Positions 61,632-64,000 of a stretch of DNA of 64,000 nucleotides are shown piece after piece (the stretch's first letter is position 1; each line of letters begins with the position of its first letter). The DNA is taken from assembly GCA_016931255.1 (NCBI GenBank), contig JAFGFG010000009.1:91627-155626 (forward strand). The letters are read 5' to 3'. The notes under the pieces were generated by a model, which was not told where the DNA came from, did no database searches, and worked only from the letters and a program-made list of their open reading frames with translations. The stretch is from Candidatus Aenigmatarchaeota archaeon. GTDB lineage: Archaea; Aenigmatarchaeota; Aenigmatarchaeia; QMZP01; JAFGSV01. Made by a program: the position numbers and the translations under genes.

Positions 61632-63692
61632 ATGAGAATACATTTCTTGCTTGCACTGGCTTTTGTGATGATGCTTACACCCAGTCCGGCTTATGCTTAC
61701 TACGGCGGGTCGATTGACCTGATTTCGGATGTGCACAGCGTCTGCCCGTGTGATATAATATCAAGCGATGAGATGGTGCTCGAGCTCACGAATTACGGGA
61801 CCGGAAGCGATACATTTTTCATAAGCATGGAGATTCCCGAAGGATGGTCAGGATTCATAGTGCCTGAAACAACCCTTGCTTCAGGTGAAAGCGTATATCT
61901 TGACCCTGCATGGATAACACCTCCCTGCGGAACAGAGCCCGGAGTGTATAAAATCCGGTTCATCGCAGAGTCCGCAATGTCGGGGAAGATAGCTGACGAG
62001 GAGATGGAGCTTGACATAATGAGATGCCATGACGTACAGCTTTCCGGTGAAACATCAGTCGGGACATGCAAAGGAAAGGAAGTCACGTCCTCAGTGACTG
62101 TGAAGAACATTGGAAAAGGAAAAGAGACATTCATACTTTCAACAGACAGCGAATGGGCATCTGTATACCCACATCAGGTTACAATTGACCCATGGGGAGA
62201 GGCAAGCGTTCAGGTAAGGATGAAGCCTGCAGACGGATTCATAGGAAATAAGGACATTACCCTGACAGCGGTTTCCTCATCCACGTACGCTGATGATGAT
62301 ATGAAAATACAACTTACTGCGAACAACTGCTACCAGTTCAGTGCATCTGTGGTTCCAACAGAAGATGTAATCTGCATGGGAGACAGCGGGGAGTATTATA
62401 TTCAGATAGACAACAAGGGAACAAAATCAGATACCTACATGATAGTCACACCTGCATGGGCAAGGGCCGATAAGAGCACTGTGACAGTGGCAGCGGGCAG
62501 CCGTGGAAACGTCCGGGTCACTGCAATACCTCCTGAGACGGGCGACCTCATACTTTCAGTGTTTGTATCGTCAGACACCCAGTCAACAGAGGCAGTGACT
62601 GTCGAGAGTATAGTCAAGTCTGTGGACTGCAGGGACGGAGTGGTCATGATAATGCCCCCTGAGGCAAGCATATGCATAGGCGAGGGGACAGAGTACAGCG
62701 TCAGGATAGAGAACAACGGAAACGTGCCTACGACATACACGCTTGACGCTACAGTAGGAAGCTCGCTGTCAAGAGAGAAACTCATACTCGGCCCCGGAGA
62801 GGTGCAGAATGTCATTCTTACAATAGACGCAGCTGAAAAGGCCGGAACATTCCCTGTAAGCGTTGACGCCTATGTGGATGGTGTTCCTGTTGACGCTGAT
62901 GCGTCCACACTCATTGTTCGCACATGCTATGACGCAGGCCTGATTGTCAGGCCGAACAATGATGATGCATGCATTGGCGACATGCTCTCCTTTGATGTGA
63001 TAGTGAAGAACAATGGAGAATATGATGATACATACGAACTTCTTTACCCAGGCGGTGAGGCAGACTTTGACCTTGAACCAGGAGAAATCAATGAACTTGA
63101 TATTGTAATAGATGTTACTGACGAATGGAATGACGTCACAGAAATACCATTCGTTCTGACGTCTTCAAATGGCATCAGGGCAGAGAAGGTCATAGTCCAG
63201 AATGTGACACCTCCAGGCACATGCTACAGCGTGGATGTCAGCCTCCTTGATGAGGAAGACAGCGAGATAACCACTGTCATAGGATACGGCTCTCCTGTTG
63301 GGGTGAAGATAAGCAATACAGGAAATCGAAAGAGCGTATTCTTCTTGAGTGTTGACGGCCCTGAGTGGGCTTACGTGAGCGATGCATCAGTGGAACTGGA
63401 GCCAGGAGAAGAAAAGGAAGTGTATCTTTACATATCCCCGACCTATGATGTTAAGGAGGGTTCATACACCATGAGCCTGCTTGCTGAATCAGACAGCTCA
63501 TTCTCAGCCACTGACATAAAGGCAAAAGTGCTTTCTGATTTCGAATCACCTGAAGAAGAGGCACCGGAACTTGAAGGCGGGCTTACGGGGATGTTCATCT
63601 CAAACCCGCTTCCGCTTGAAATCACGCTCATATCCATGATGGCATTCTTCACAGTGCTTCTTGTTGTGCTAAGGTTCATAATATTCCGCTAG
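61632..63692 (+). CDS. large secreted multi-domain (CARDB/DUF11-like repeat) surface protein with C-terminal TM anchor and GGLTGMF pre-anchor motif
   Basis: Signal peptide (LLALAFVMMLTPSPAYA). At least 5 repeats carrying V.V.N.G...Y.L signatures (TVKNIGKGKETF, IDNKGTKSDTYM, IENNGNVPTTYTL, VKNNGEYDDTYEL, ISNTGNRKSVFFL). ...LEGGLTGMFISNPLPLEITLISMMAFFTVLLVVL. Confidence 0.65.
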   Translation: MRIHFLLALAFVMMLTPSPAYAYYGGSIDLISDVHSVCPCDIISSDEMVLELTNYGTGSDTFFISMEIPEGWSGFIVPETTLASGESVYLDPAWITPPCGTEPGVYKIRFIAESAMSGKIADEEMELDIMRCHDVQLSGETSVGTCKGKEVTSSVTVKNIGKGKETFILSTDSEWASVYPHQVTIDPWGEASVQVRMKPADGFIGNKDITLTAVSSSTYADDDMKIQLTANNCYQFSASVVPTEDVICMGDSGEYYIQIDNKGTKSDTYMIVTPAWARADKSTVTVAAGSRGNVRVTAIPPETGDLILSVFVSSDTQSTEAVTVESIVKSVDCRDGVVMIMPPEASICIGEGTEYSVRIENNGNVPTTYTLDATVGSSLSREKLILGPGEVQNVILTIDAAEKAGTFPVSVDAYVDGVPVDADASTLIVRTCYDAGLIVRPNNDDACIGDMLSFDVIVKNNGEYDDTYELLYPGGEADFDLEPGEINELDIVIDVTDEWNDVTEIPFVLTSSNGIRAEKVIVQNVTPPGTCYSVDVSLLDEEDSEITTVIGYGSPVGVKISNTGNRKSVFFLSVDGPEWAYVSDASVELEPGEEKEVYLYISPTYDVKEGSYTMSLLAESDSSFSATDIKAKVLSDFESPEEEAPELEGGLTGMFISNPLPLEITLISMMAFFTVLLVVLRFIIFR

Positions 63693-63693
63693 G

Positions 63694-63927
63694 CTAAGCG
63701 AGTTCTTTTGTGGCGTATCCGGTCATGATAAGTATCCCGAGACCTATTACGACCGACACCCAGTAGCTCATCTCAGTATTCACCGGAAGCATGTACTCGT
63801 CCATGAGACCCCACACACCGCGCCAGAACGAGATGACTGCGAATGCTATGACTATTGTGAATATGGTCTGATGATGCGACTTCATTTTATGGAACTTGCT
63901 GAACATAATATAACATTGGACTGGCAC
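63694..63927 (-). CDS. small 2-TM membrane protein (77 aa)
   Basis: Hydrophobic ORF abutting the stop of the upstream surface-protein gene. Confidence 0.35.
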   Translation of the reverse strand: MPVQCYIMFSKFHKMKSHHQTIFTIVIAFAVISFWRGVWGLMDEYMLPVNTEMSYWVSVVIGLGILIMTGYATKELA

Positions 63928-64000
63928 GAAAATAAATGTTACAATTCAGAAAAGCATTTATACCCGGAATTGATATTATTAATACTAATGTTCTTCTTTG

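Noticed and set aside
1-64000. CRISPR arrays, transposases, integrases, toxin-antitoxin or other recognisable defence genes
   Set aside because: Scanned both strands. No direct-repeat/spacer arrays, no DDE or tyrosine-recombinase-like ORFs and no nuclease/ATPase defence pairs were recognisable. The window looks like core chromosome with envelope genes.

Overview
Archaeal chromosomal window (about 45% GC, tightly packed, many ATGA-type start/stop overlaps) dominated by core information-processing genes. The lineage cannot be assigned from sequence alone. Abundant non-canonical tRNA introns, K/A/P-rich r-protein tails and many C-terminally anchored surface proteins suggest a Thermoplasmata- or DPANN-like archaeon (low confidence).

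Content: a 5'-truncated TrkA-like gene; five tRNA genes (Gly-GCC, Leu-CAA, Gln-TTG, Arg-TCT, Arg-GCG), four of them intron-containing and two at non-canonical positions; four r-protein clusters (L18e-L13-S9-S10; L12-L10-L1-[inserted ORF]-L11-Spt5-SecE-FtsZ; SecY-AdkA-like-DUF106-L34e-L14e; L15-L30-S5-Bud32); AlaRS, LeuRS, class I LysRS, PurB, FEN-1, RFC large subunit, Cdc48, ScpA/ScpB, ThiI plus TtuA-like thiolation enzymes, aEF-1beta with its Zn-ribbon partner, two ABC transporter operons, and several large secreted or C-terminally anchored surface proteins.

No CRISPR array, transposase, integrase or recognisable defence genes were seen.

Most noteworthy, all unverified without searches:
- a stand-alone lipoprotein carrying the WWDYG catalytic-domain signature of oligosaccharyltransferase AglB/STT3 without the transmembrane domain;
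- an AdkA (archaeal adenylate kinase) homologue at the conserved post-secY position whose Walker A P-loop is destroyed;
- an NFACT/Rqc2 gene translationally coupled to a coiled-coil OB-fold protein;
- a tRNA-Gly with a 69-nt intron in the T-loop and a tRNA-Leu with an intron at 30/31;
- a 282-aa membrane/coiled-coil ORF inserted inside the normally contiguous L11-L1 cluster;
- a histone-H1-like Lys/Ala/Pro tail on L14e and a long Lys-rich N-extension on S5;
- a membrane-anchored wHTH regulator overlapping a 36-aa CPxCG zinc-ribbon micro-ORF upstream of a pentein-fold enzyme;
- paired surface proteins sharing a GGLTGMF pre-anchor motif.
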